Under the pieces are notes generated by a model. The model was not told the DNA's origin and searched no databases. It saw nothing but the letters and a program-made list of their open reading frames with translations. The position numbers and the translations under genes are program-made. From positions 248,001 through 312,000 of the forward strand of contig OZ176050.1 of NCBI GenBank assembly GCA_964247055.1: 64,000 nucleotides of DNA, in the 5' to 3' direction. The stretch is from Paragordius varius (taxonomy: Eukaryota; Animalia; Nematomorpha). Positions 10,367-24,661 of this stretch are shown one piece after another; position 1 is the first letter of the stretch; each line of letters begins with the position of its first letter.

Positions 10367-13300
10367 GGGTAGCCCTATGGTAGTTCCATCATCACCCCAA
10401 ATATTTTGGGGATCGGACTATAAATGTAATTTTTATGAATTTTTTAAATATTTAAAAAATTTATTTTATACGATTTTAGAAATGATCTTGGCTACCTAAA
10501 ATCCAAATTTGATCAGGTGATGTCACCATAATTTTTTTTGGGTAGCCCTATGGTAGTTCCATCATAACCCCAAATATTTTGGGGATCGGACTATAAATGT
10601 AATTTTTATGAATTTTTTAAATTTTTAAAAAATTTATTTTATACGATTTTAAAAATAAAAATGGCTACCTAAAATCCAAATTTGATCAGGTGATGTCACT
10701 ATAATTTTTTTGGGTAGCCCTATGGTAGTTCCATCATCACCCCAAATATTTTGGGGATCGGACTATAAATGTAATTTTTATGAATTTTTTAAATATTTAA
10801 AAAATTTATTTTATACGATTTTAAAAATAAAAATGGCTACCTAAAATCCAAATTTGATCAGGTGATGTCACCATAATTTTTTTGGGTAGCCCTATGGTAG
10901 TTCCATCATCACCCCGAATACTTTGGGGATCGGACTATAAATGTAATTTTTTTGAATTTTTTAAATATTTAAAAAATTTATTTTATACGATTTTAAAAAT
11001 AAAAATGGCTACCTAAAATCCAAATTTGATCAGGTGATGTCACTATAATTTTTTTGGGTAGCCCTATGGTAGTTCCATCATCACCCCAAATATTTTCGAG
11101 ATAAGAGTATAAATGTAATTTTTATGAATTTTTTAAATATTTAAAAAATTTATTTTATACGATTTTAAAAATAAAAATGGCTACCTAAAATCCAAATTTG
11201 ATCAGGTGATGTCACCATAATTTTTTTGGTAGCCCTATGGTAGTTCCATCATCACCCCAAATATTTTGGGGATCGGACTATAAATGTAATTTTTATGAAT
11301 TTTTTAAATATTTAAAAAATATATTTTATACGATTTTAAAAATAAAAATGGCTACCTAAAATCCAAATTTGATCAGGTGATGTCGCCATAATTTTTTTTA
11401 CGTAGCCCTATGGTAGTTCCATCATCACCCCAAATATTTTGGGGATCGGACTATAAATGTAATTTTTATGAATTTTTTAAATATTTAAAAAATTTATTTT
11501 ATACGATTTTAAAAATAAAAATGGCTACCTAAAATCCAAATTTGATCAGGTGATGTCACCTTAATTTTTTTTGGGTAGCCCTATGGTAGTTCCATCATCA
11601 CCCCAAATATTTTGGGGATCGGACTATAAATGTAATTTTTATGAATTTTTTAAATATTTAAAAAATTTATTTTATACGATTTTAAAAATAAAAATGGCTA
11701 CCTAAAATCCAAATTTGATCAGGTGATGTCACCATAATTTTTTTTGGGTAGCCCTATGGTAGTTCCATCATCACCCCAAATATTGTCGAGATCGGAGTAT
11801 AAATGTAATTTTTTTGAATTTTTTAAATATTTAAAAAATTTATTTTATACGATTTTAAAAATAAAAATGGCTACCTAAAATCCAAATTTGATCAGGTGAT
11901 GTCGCCATAATTTTTTTTGGGTAGCCCTATAGTAGTTCCATCATCACCCCAAATATTTTGGGGATCGGACTATAAATGTAATTTTTATGAATTTTTTATT
12001 TAAAAAATTTATTTTATACGATTTTAAAAATAAAAATGGCTACCTAAAATCCAAATTTGATCAGGTGATGTCACTATAATTTTTTTTGGGTAGCCCTATG
12101 GTAGTTCCATCATCACCCCAAATATTTTGGGGATCGGACTATAAATGTAATTTTTATGAATTTTTTAAATATTTAAAAAATTTATTTTATACGATTTTAG
12201 AAATGAAAATGGCTACCTAAAATCCAAATTTGATCAGGTGATGTCACCATAATTTTTTTTGGGTAGCCCTATGGTAGTTCCATCATAACCCCAAATATTT
12301 TGGGGATCGGACTATAAATGTAATTTTTATGAATTTTTTAAATTTTTAAAAAATTTATTTTATACGATTTTAAAAATAAAAATGGCTACCTAAAATCCAA
12401 ATTTGATCAGGTGATGTCACTATAATTTTTTTGGGTAGCCCTATGGTAGTTCCATCATCACCCCAAATATTTTGGGGATCGGACTATAAATGTAATTTTT
12501 ATGAATTTTTTAAATATTTAAAAAATTTATTTTATACGATTTTAAAAATAAAAATGGCTACCTAAAATCCAAATTTGATCAGGTGATGTCACCATAATTT
12601 TTTTGGGTAGCCCTATGGTAGTTCCATCATCACCCCGAATACTTTGGGGATCGGACTATAAATGTAATTTTTTTGAATTTTTTAAATATTTAAAAAATTT
12701 ATTTTATACGATTTTAAAAATAAAAATGGCTACCTAAAATCCTTGATCAGGTGATGTCACTATAATTTTTTTGGGTAGCCCTATGGTAGTTCCATCATCA
12801 CCCCAAATATTTTCGAGATAAGAGTATAAATGTAATTTTTATGAATTTTTTAAATATTTAAAAAATTTATTTTATACGATTTTAAAAATAAAAATGGCTA
12901 CCTAAAATCCAAATTTGATCAGGTGATGTCACCATAATTTTTTTGGTAGCCCTATGGTAGTTCCATCATCACCCCAAATATTTTGGGGATCGGACTATAA
13001 ATGTAATTTTTATGAATTTTTTAAATATTTAAAAAATATATTTTATACGATTTTAAAAATAAAAATGGCTACCTAAAATCCAAATTTGATCAGGTGATGT
13101 CGCCATAATTTTTTTTACGTAGCCCTATGGTAGTTCCATCATCACCCCAAATATTTTGGGGATCGGACTATAAATGTAATTTTTATGAATTTTTTAAATA
13201 TTTAAAAAATTTATTTTATACGATTTTAAAAATAAAAATGGCTACCTAAAATCCAAATTTGATCAGGTGATGTCACCTTAATTTTTTTTGGGTAGCCCTA

Positions 13301-13803
13301 TGGTAGTTCCATCATCACCCCAAATATTTTGGGGATCGGACTATAAATGTAATTTTTATGAATTTTTTAAATATTTAAAAAATTTATTTTATACGATTTT
13401 AAAAATAAAAATGGCTACCTAAAATCCAAATTTGATCAGGTGATGTCACCATAATTTTTTTTGGGTAGCCCTATGGTAGTTCCATCATCACCCCAAATAT
13501 TGTCGAGATCGGAGTATAAATGTAGTTTTTTTGAATTTTTTAAATATTTAAAAAATTTATTTTATACGATTTTAAAAATAAAAATGGCTACCTAAAATCC
13601 AAATTTGATCAGGTGATGTCGCCATAATTTTTTTTGGGTAGCCCTATAGTAGTTCCATCATCACCCCAAATATTTTGGGGATCGGACTATAAATGTAATT
13701 TTTATGAATTTTTTATTTAAAAAATTTATTTTATACGATTTTAAAAATAAAAATGGCTACCTAAAATGCAAATTTGATCAGGTGATGTCACTATAATTTT
13801 TTT
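10367..13803 (+). repeat. Tandem duplication of a 10-monomer block (1721 bp, 1717 bp after a 4-bp deletion at about 12742)
   Basis: Paired markers: gagataagag 11101/12818, acgtag 11400/13117, aaaatatatttt about 11319/13036, and the 4-bp palindrome-centre deletion 11991/13708. Confidence 0.9.
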
Positions 13804-14828
13804 GGGTAGCCCTATGGTAGTTCCATCATCACCCCAAATATTTTCGAGATCGGAGTATAAATGTAATTTTTATTTTTTAAATATTTAAAAAATTTATTTT
13901 ATACGATTTTAAAAATAAAAATGGCTACCTAAAATCCAAATTTGATCAGGTGATGTCGCCATAATTTTTTTTGGGTAGCCCTATGGTAGTTCCATCATCA
14001 CCCCAAATACTTTGGGGATCGGACTATAAATGTAATTTTTATGAATTTTTTAAATATTTAAAAAATTTATTTTATACGATTTTAAAAATAAAAATGGCTA
14101 CCTAAAATCCAAATTTGATCAGGTGATGTCACCATAATTTTTTTTGGGTAGCCCTATGGTAGTTCCATCATCACCCCAAATATTGTCGAGATCGGAGTAT
14201 AAATGTAATTTTTTTGAATTTTTTAAATATTTAAAAAATTTATTTTATACGATTTTAAAAATAAAAATGGCTACCTAAAATCCAAATTTGATCAGGTGAT
14301 GTCGCCATAATTTTTTTTGGGTAGCCCTATAGTAGTTCCATCATCACCCCAAATATTTTGGGGATCGGACTATAAATGTAATTTTTATGAATTTTTTATT
14401 TAAAAAATTTATTTTATACGATTTTAAAAATAAAAATGGCTACCTAAAATGCAAATTTGATCAGGTGATGTCACTATAATTTTTTTGGGTAGCCCTATGG
14501 TAGTTCCATCATCACCCCAAATATTTTCGAGATCGGAGTATAAATGTAATTTTTATTTTTTAAATATTTAAAAAATTTATTTTATACGATTTTAAAAATA
14601 AAAATGGCTACCTAAAATCCAAATTTGATCAGGTGATGTCGCCATAATTTTTTTTGGGTAGCCCTATGGTAGTTCCATCATCACCCCAAATATTTTCGAG
14701 ATCGGAGTATAAATGTAATTTTTATTTTTTAAATATTTAAAAAATTTATTTTATACGATTTTAAAAATAAAAATGGCTACCTAAAATCCAAATTTGATCA
14801 GGTGATGTCGCCATAATTTTTTTTGGGT
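13463..14828 (+). repeat. Tandem duplication of a 4-monomer block (683 bp)
   Basis: Markers aaatgca 13768/14451 and the palindrome-centre deletion 13708/14391. Monomer starts are 13463 and 14146. Confidence 0.88.
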
Positions 14829-16033
14829 AGCCCTATGGTAGTTCCATCATCACCCCAAATACTTTGGGGATCGGACTATAAATGTAATTTTTATGAATTT
14901 TTTAAATATTTAAAAAATTTATTTTATACGATTTTAAAAATAAAAATGGCTACCTAAAATCCAAATTTGATCAGGTGATGTCACCATAATTTTTTTTGGG
15001 TAGCCCTATGGTAGTTCCATCATCACCCCAAATACTTTGGGGATCGGACTATAAATGTAATTTTTATGAATTTTTTAAATATTTAAAAAATTTATTTTAT
15101 ACGATTTTAAAAATAAAAATGGCTACCTAAAATCCAAATTTGATCAGGTGATGTCACCATAATTTTTTTTGGGTAGCCCTATGGTAGTTCCATCATCACC
15201 CCAAATACTTTGGGGATCGGACTATAAATGTAATTTTTATGAATTTTTTAAATATTTAAAAAATTTATTTTATACGATTTTAAAAATAAAAATGGCTACC
15301 TAAAATCCAAATTTGATCAGGTGATGTCGCCATAATTTTTTTTGGGTAGCCCTATGGTAGTTCCATCATCACCCCAAATACTTTGGGGATCGGACTATAA
15401 ATGTAATTTTTATGAATTTTTTAAATATTTAAAAAATTTATTTTATACGATTTTAAAAATAAAAATGGCTACCTAAAATCCAAATTTGATCAGGTGATGT
15501 CACCATAATTTTTTTGGTAGCCCTATGGTAGTTCCATCATCACCCCAAATACTTTGGGGATCGGACTATAAATGTAATTTTTATGAATTTTTTAAATATT
15601 TAAAAAATTTATTTTATACGATTTTAAAAATAAAAATGGCTACCTAAAATCCAAATTTGATCAGGTGATGTCGCCATAATTTTTTTTGGGTAGCCCTATG
15701 GTAGTTCCATCATCACCCCAAATACTTTGGGGATCGGACTATAAATGTAATTTTTATGAATTTTTTAAATATTTAAAAAATTTATTTTATACTATTTTAA
15801 AAATAAAAATGGCTACCTAAAATCCAAATTTGATCAGGTGATGTCACCATAATTTTTTTTGGGTAGCCCTATGGTAGTTCCATCATCACCCCAAATACTT
15901 TGGGGATCGGACTATAAATGTAATTTTTATGAATTTTTTAAATATTTAAAAAATTTATTTTATACGATTTTAAAAATAAAAATGGCTACCTAAAATCCAA
16001 ATTTGATCAGGTGATGTCACCATAATTTGTTTT
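14825..16033 (+). repeat. Run of 7 consecutive monomers sharing the ccaaatactttggggatcggac haplotype
   Basis: aaatactttgggg is present in every monomer from 14825 to 15861. Elsewhere it is sporadic. Confidence 0.85.
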
Positions 16034-18966
16034 GGGTAGCCCTATGGTAGTTCCATCATCACCCCAAATATTTTCGAGATCGGAGTATAAATGTAATTTT
16101 TATGAATTTTTTAAATATTTAAAAAATTTATTTTATACGATTTTAAAAATAAAAATGGCTACCTAAAATCCAAATTTGATCAGGTGATGTCACCATAATT
16201 TTTTTGGTAGCCCTATGGTAGTTCCATCATCACCCCAAATATTTTGGGGATCGGACTATAAATGTAATTTTTATGAATTTTTTAAATATTTAAAAAATTT
16301 ATTTTATACGATTTTAAAAATAAAAATGGCTACCTAAAATCCAAATTTGATCAGGTGATGTCGCCATAATTTTTTTTACGTAGCCCTATGGTAGTTCCAT
16401 CATCACCCCAAATACTTTGGGGATCGGACTATAAATGTAATTTTTATAAATTTTTTAAATATTTAAAAAATTTATTTTATACGATTTTAAAAATAAAAAT
16501 GGCTACCTAAAATCCAAATTTGATCAGGTGATGTCACCATAATTTTTTTTGGGTAGCCCTATGGTAGTTCCATCATCACCCCAAATATTTTCGAGATAGG
16601 AGTATAAATGTAATTTTTATGAATTTTTTAAATATTTAAAAAATTTATTTTATACGATTTAAAAATAAAAATGGCTACCTAAAATCCAAATTTGATCAGG
16701 TGATGTCATTATAATTTTTTTTGGGTAGCCCTATGGTAGTTCCATCATCACCCCAAATATTTTGGGGATCGGACTATAAATGTAATTTTTATGAATTTTT
16801 TAAATATTTAAAAAATTTATTTTATACGATTTTAAAAATAAAAATGGCTACCTAAAATCCAAATTTGATCAGGTGATGTCGCCATAATTTTTTTACGTAG
16901 CCCTATGGTAGTTCCATCATCACCCCAAATATTTTGGGGATCGGACTATAAATGTAATTTTTATGAATTTTTTAAATATTTAAAAAATTTATTTTATACG
17001 ATTTTAAAAATAAAAATGGCTACCTAAAATCCAAATTTGATCAGGTGATGTCACCTTAATTTTTTTTGGGTAGCCCTATGGTAGTTCCATCATCACCCCA
17101 AATATTTTCGAGATCGGAGTATAAATGTAATTTTTATGAATTTTTTAAATATTTAAAAAATTTATTTTATACGATTTTAAAAATAAAAATGGCTACCTAA
17201 AATCCAAATTTGATCAGGTGATGTCACCATAATTTTTTTTGGGTAGCCCTATGGTAGTTCCATCATCACCCCAAATATTGTCGAGATCGGAGTATAAATG
17301 TAATTTTTATGAATTTTTTAAATATTTAAAAAATTTATTTTATACGATTTTAAAAATAAAAATGGCTATCTAAAATCCAAATTTGATCAGGTGATGTCAC
17401 CATAATTTTTTTTGGGTAGCCCTATGGTAGTTCCATCATCACCCCAAATACTTTGGGGATCGGACTATAAATGTAATTTTTATGAATTTTTTAAATATTT
17501 AAAAAATTTATTTTATACGATTTTAAAAATAAAAATGGCTACCTAAAATCCAAATTTGATCAGGTGATGTCACCATAATTTGTTTTGGGTAGCCCTATGG
17601 TAGTTCCATCATCACCCCAAATATTTTCGAGATCGGAGTATAAATGTAATTTTTATGAATTTTTTAAATATTTAAAAAATTTATTTTATACGATTTTAAA
17701 AATAAAAATGGCTACCTAAAATCCAAATTTGATCAGGTGATGTCACCATAATTTTTTTGGTAGCCCTATGGTAGTTCCATCATCACCCCAAATATTTTGG
17801 GGATCGGACTATAAATGTAATTTTTATGAATTTTTTAAATATTTCAAAAATTTTTTTTATACGATTTTAAAAATAAAAATGGCTACCTAAAATCCAAATT
17901 TGATCAGGTGATGTCGCCATAATTTTTTTTACGTAGCCCTATGGTAGTTCCATCATCACCCCAAATACTTTGGGGATCGGACTATAAATGTAATTTTTAT
18001 AAATTTTTTAAATATTTAAAAAATTTATTTTATACGATTTTAAAAATAAAAATGGCTACCTAAAATCCAAATTTGATCAGGTGATGTCACCATAATTTTT
18101 TTTGGGTAGCCCTATGGTAGTTCCATCATCACCCCAAATATTTTCGAGATAGGAGTATAAATGTAATTTTTATGAATTTTTTAAATATTTAAAAAATTTA
18201 TTTTATACGATTTAAAAATAAAAATGGCTACCTAAAATCCAAATTTGATCAGGTGATGTCATTATAATTTTTTTTGGGTAGCCCTATGGTAGTTCCATCA
18301 TCACCCCAAATATTTTGGGGATCGGACTATAAATGTAATTTTTATGAATTTTTTAAATATTTAAAAAATTTATTTTATACGATTTTAAAAATAAAAATGG
18401 CTACCTAAAATCCAAATTTGATCAGGTGATGTCGCCATAATTTTTTTACGTAGCCCTATGGTAGTTCCATCATCACCCCAAATATTTTGGGGATCGGACT
18501 ATAAATGTAATTTTTATGAATTTTTTAAATATTTAAAAAATTTATTTTATACGATTTTAAAAATAAAAATGGCTACCTAAAATCCAAATTTGATCAGGTG
18601 ATGTCACCTTAATTTTTTTTGGGTAGCCCTATGGTAGTTCCATCATCACCCCAAATATTTTCGAGATCGGAGTATAAATGTAATTTTTATGAATTTTTTA
18701 AATATTTAAAAAATTTATTTTATACGATTTTAAAAATAAAAATGGCTACCTAAAATCCAAATTTGATCAGGTGATGTCACCATAATTTTTTTTGGGTAGC
18801 CCTATGGTAGTTCCATCATCACCCCAAATATTGTCGAGATCGGAGTATAAATGTAATTTTTATGAATTTTTTAAATATTTAAAAAATTTATTTTATACGA
18901 TTTTAAAAATAAAAATGGCTATCTAAAATCCAAATTTGATCAGGTGATGTCACCATAATTTTTTTT
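15861..18966 (+). repeat. Tandem duplication of a 9-monomer block (1553 bp)
   Basis: Markers aatttgtttt 16029/17582, gagatagg 16598/18151 and ggctatc 17364/18917 all have offset 1553. Confidence 0.9.
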
Positions 18967-19139
18967 GGGTAGCCCTATGGTAGTTCCATCATCACCCCAA
19001 ATACTTTGGGGATCGGACTATAAATGTAATTTTTATGAATTTTTTAAATATTTAAAAAATTTATTTTATACGATTTTAAAAATAAAAATGGCTACCTAAA
19101 ATCCAAATTTGATCAGGTGATGTCACCATAATTTTTTTT

Positions 19140-20350
19140 GGGTAGCCCTATGGTAGTTCCATCATCACCCCAAATATTTTGGGGATCGGACTATAAATGT
19201 AATTTTTATGAATTTTTTAAATATTTAAAAAATTTATTTTATACGATTTTAAAAATAAAAATGGCTACCTAAAATCCAAATTTGATCAGGTGATGTCGCC
19301 ATAATTTTTTTTGGGTAGTCCTATGGTAGTTCCATCATCACCCCAAATACTTTGGGGATCGGACTATAAATGTAATTTTTATAAATTTTTTAAATATTTA
19401 AAAAATTTATTTTATACGATTTTAAAAATAAAAATGGCTACCTAAAATCCAAATTTGATCAGGTGATGTCACCATAATTTTTTTTGGGTAGCCCTATGGT
19501 AGTTCCATCATCACCCCAAATATTTTCGAGATTGGAGTATAAATGTAATTTTTATGAATTTTTTAAATATTTAAAAAATTTATTTTATACGATTTTAAAA
19601 ATAAAAATGGCTACCTAAAATCCAAATTTGATCAGGTGATGTCACCATAATTTTTTTTGGGTAGCCCTATGGTAGTTCCATCATCACCCCAAATATTGTC
19701 GAGATCGGAGTATAAATGTAATTTTTATGAATTTTTTAAATATTTAAAAAATTTATTTTATACGATTTTAAAAATAAAAATGGCTATCTAAAATCCAAAT
19801 TTGATCAGGTGATGTCACCATAATTTTTTTTGGGTAGCCCTATGGTAGTTCCATGATCACCCCAAATATTTTGGGGATCGGACTATAAATGTAATTTTTA
19901 TGAATTTTTTAAATATTTAAAAAATTTATTTTATACGATTTTAAAAATAAAAATGGCTACCTAAAATCCAAATTTGATCAGGTGATGTCGCCATAATTTT
20001 TTTTGGGTAGTCCTATGGTAGTTCCATCATCACCCCAAATACTTTGGGGATCGGACTATAAATGTAATTTTTATAAATTTTTTAAATATTTAAAAAATTT
20101 ATTTTATACGATTTTAAAAATAAAAATGGCTACCTAAAATCCAAATTTCATCAGGTGATGTCACCATAATTTTTTTTGGGTAGCCCTATGGTAGTTCCAT
20201 CATCACCCCAAATATTTTCGAGATTGGAGTATAAATGTAATTTTTATGAATTTTTTAAATATTTAAAAAATTTATTTTATACGATTTTAAAAATAAAAAT
20301 GGCTACCTAAAATCCAAATTTGATCAGGTGATGTCACCATAATTTTTTTT
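19140..20350 (+). repeat. Partial duplication at a 4-monomer offset (692 bp)
   Basis: Markers gtagtcc 19319/20011 and gagattgg 19531/20223. Confidence 0.8.
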
Positions 20351-21038
20351 GGGTAGCCCTATGGTAGTTCCATCATCACCCCAAATATTTTGGGGATCGG
20401 ACTATAAATGTAATTTTTATGAATTTTTTAAATATTTAAAAAATTTATTTTATACGATTTTAAAAATAAAAATGGCTACCTAAAATCCAAATTTGATCAG
20501 GTGATGTCGCCATAATTTTTTTTACGTAGCCCTATGGTAGTTCCATCATCACCCCAAATATTTTGGGGATCGGACTATAAATGTAATTTTTATGAATTTT
20601 TTAAATATTTAAAAAATTTATTTTATACGATTTTAAAAATAAAAATGGCTACCTAAAATCCAAATTTGATCAGGTGATGTCACCTTAATTTTTTTTGGGT
20701 AGCCCTATGGTAGTTCCATCATCACCCCAAATATTTTCGAGATCGGAGTATAAATGTAATTTTTATGAATTTTTTATTTAAAAAATTTATTTTATACGAT
20801 TTTAAAAATAAAAATGGCTACCTAAAATCCAAATTTGATCAGGTGATGTCACCATAATTTTTTTTGGGTAGCCCTATGGTAGTTCCATCATCACCCCAAA
20901 TATTGTCGAGATCGGATTATAAATGTAATTTTTTTGAATTTTTTAAATATTTAAAAAATTTATTTTATACGATTTTAAAAATAAAAATGGCTACCTAAAA
21001 TCCAAATTTGATCAGGTGATGTCACCATAATTTTTTTT

Positions 21039-22420
21039 GGGTAGCCCTATGGTAGTTCCATCATCACCCCAAATATTTTCGAGATCGGAGTATAAATGTA
21101 ATTTTTATGAATTTTTTAAATATTTAAAAAATTTATTTTATACGATTTTAAAAATAAAAATGGCTACCTAAAATCCAAATTTGATCAGGTGATGTCACTA
21201 TAATTTTTTTGGGTAGCCCTATGGTAGTTCCATCATCACACCAAATATTTTGGGGATCGGACTATAAATGTAATTTTTATGAATTTTTTAAATATTTAAA
21301 AAATTTATTTTATACGATTTTAAAAATAAAAATGGCTACCTAAAATCCAAATTTGATCAGGTGATGTCGCCATAATTTTTTTTGGGTAGCCCTATGGTAG
21401 TTCCATCATCACCCCGAATATTTTGGGGATCGGAGTATAAATGTAATTTTTATGAATTTTTTAAATATTTAAAAAATTTATTTTATACGATTTTAAAAAT
21501 AAAAATGGCTACCTAAAATCCAAATTTGATCAGGTGATGTCGCCATAATTTTTTTTGGGTAGCCCTATGGTAGTTCCATCATCACCCCGAATACTTTGGG
21601 GATCTGACTATAAATGTAATTTTTATGAATTTTTTAAATATTTAAAAAATTTATTTTATACGATTTTAAAAATAAAAATGGCTACCTAAAATCCAAATTT
21701 GATCAGGTGATGTCACCATAATTTTTTTTGGGTAGCCCTATGGTAGTTCCATCATCACCCCAAATATTTTCGAGATCGGAGTATAAATGTAATTTTTATG
21801 AATTTTTTAAATATTTAAAAAATTTATTTTATACGATTTTAAAAATAAAAATGGCTACCTAAAATCCAAATTTGATCAGGTGATGTCACTATAATTTTTT
21901 TGGGTAGCCCTATGGTAGTTCCATCATCACACCAAATATTTTGGGGATCGGACTATAAATGTAATTTTTATGAATTTTTTAAATATTTAAAAAATTTATT
22001 TTATACGATTTTAAAAATAAAAATGGCTACCTAAAATCCAAATTTGATCAGGTGATGTCGCCATAATTTTTTTTGGGTAGCCCTATGGTAGTTCCATCAT
22101 CACCCCGAATATTTTGGGGATCGGAGTATAAATGTAATTTTTATGAATTTTTTAAATATTTAAAAAATTTATTTTATACGATTTTAAAAATAAAAATGGC
22201 TACCTAAAATCCAAATTTGATCAGGTGATGTCGCCATAATTTTTTTTGGGTAGCCCTATGGTAGTTCCATCATCACCCCGAATACTTTGGGGATCTGACT
22301 ATAAATGTAATTTTTATGAATTTTTTAAATATTTTAAAAATTTATTTTATACGATTTTAAAAATAAAAATGGCTACCTAAAATCCAAATTTGATCAGGTG
22401 ATGTCGCCATAATTTTTTTT
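21039..22420 (+). repeat. Tandem duplication of a 4-monomer block (691 bp)
   Basis: Markers catcacacc 21240/21931 and gatctgac 21601/22292. Confidence 0.88.
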
Positions 22421-24489
22421 GGGTAGCCCTATAGTAGTTCCATCATCACCCCAAATATTTTGGGGATCCGACTATAAATGTAATTTTTATGAATTTTTTA
22501 AATATTTGAAAAATTTATTTTATACGATTTAAAAAAAAAAAAATGGCTACCTAAAATCCAAATTTGATCAGGTGATGTCACCATAATTTTTTTTGGGTAG
22601 CCCTATGGTAGTTCCATCATCACCCCAAATATTTTCGAGATCGGAGTATAAATGTAATTTTTATAAATTTTTTAAATATTTAAAAAATTTATTTTATACG
22701 ATTTTAAAAATAAAAATGGCTACCTAAAATCCAAATTTGATCAGGTGATGTCGCCATAATTTTTTTTGGGTAGCCCTATGGTAGTTCCATCATCACCCCA
22801 AATATTTTGGGGATCGGACTATAAATGTAATTTTTATGAATTTTTTAAATATTTAAAAAATTTATTTTATACGATTTTAAAAATAAAAATGGCTACCTAA
22901 AATCCAAATTTGATCAGGTGATGTCACTATAATTTTTTTGGGTAGCCCTATGGTAGTTCCATCATAACCCCAAATATTTTGGGGATCGGACTATAAATGT
23001 AATTTTTATGAATTTTTTAAATATTTAAAAAATTTATTTTATACGATTTTAAAAATAAAAATGGCTACCTAAAATCCAAATTTGATCAGGTGATGTCGCC
23101 ATAATTTTTTTTGGGTAGCCCTATGGTAGTTCCATCATCACCCCAAATATTTTGGGGATCGGATTTTAAATGTAATTTTTATGAATTTTTTAAATATTTA
23201 AAAAATTTATTTTATACGATTTTAAAAATAAAAATGGCTACCTAAAATCCAAATTTGATCAGGTGATGTCACCATAATTTTTTTTGGGTAGCCCTATGAT
23301 AGTTCCATCATCACCCCAAATATTTTCGAGATCGGAGTATAAATGTAATTTTTATGAATTTTTTAAATATTTAAAAAATTTATTTTATACGATTTTAAAA
23401 ATAAAAATGGCTACCTAAAATCCAAATTTGATCAGGTGATGTCACTATAATTTTTTTGGGTAGCCTATGGTAGTTCCATCATCACCCCAAATATTTTGGG
23501 GATCGGAGTATAAATGTAATTTTTATGAATTTTTTAAATATTTATTTATTTTATACGATTTTAAAAATAAAAATGGCTACCTAAAATCCAAATTTGATCA
23601 GGTGATGTCGCCATAATTTTTTTTGGGTAGCCCTATGGTAGTTCCATCATCACCCCGAATACTTTGGGGATCTGACTATAAATGTAATTTTTATGAATTT
23701 TTTAAATATTTTAAAAATTTATTTTATACGATTTTAAAAATAAAAATGGCTACCTAAAATCCAAATTTGATCAGGTGATGTCGCCATAATTTTTTTTGGG
23801 TAGCCCTATAGTAGTTCCATCATCACCCCAAATATTTTGGGGATCCGACTATAAATGTAATTTTTATGAATTTTTTAAATATTTGAAAAATTTATTTTAT
23901 ACGATTTAAAAAAAAAAAAATGGCTACCTAAAATCCAAATTTGATCAGGTGATGTCACCATAATTTTTTTTGGGTAGCCCTATGGTAGTTCCATCATCAC
24001 CCCAAATATTTTCGAGATCGGAGTATAAATGTAATTTTTATAAATTTTTTAAATATTTAAAAAATTTATTTTATACGATTTTAAAAATAAAAATGGCTAC
24101 CTAAAATCCAAATTTGATCAGGTGATGTCGCCATAATTTTTTTTGGGTAGCCCTATGGTAGTTCCATCATCACCCCAAATATTTTGGGGATCGGACTATA
24201 AATGTAATTTTTATGAATTTTTTAAATATTTAAAAAATTTATTTTATACGATTTTAAAAATAAAAATGGCTACCTAAAATCCAAATTTGATCAGGTGATG
24301 TCACTATAATTTTTTTGGGTAGCCCTATGGTAGTTCCATCATAACCCCAAATATTTTGGGGATCGGACTATAAATGTAATTTTTATGAATTTTTTAAATA
24401 TTTAAAAAATTTATTTTATACGATTTTAAAAATAAAAATGGCTACCTAAAATCCAAATTTGATCAGGTGATGTCGCCAAAATTTTTTTT
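22248..24489 (+). repeat. Five-monomer block repeated at an 8-monomer offset (1377 bp)
   Basis: Markers: A13 tract 22531/23908, gatctgac 22292/23669, and gatccgac and cataacc in matching monomers. Confidence 0.85.
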
Positions 24490-24661
24490 GGGTAGCCCTA
24501 TGGTAGTTCCATCATCAACCCAAATATTGTCGAGATCGGAGTATAAATGTAATTTTTTTGAATTTTTTAAATATTTAAAAAATTTATTTTATACGATTTT
24601 AAAAATAAAAATGGCTACCTAAAATCCAAATTTGATCAGGTGATGTCACCATAATTTTTTT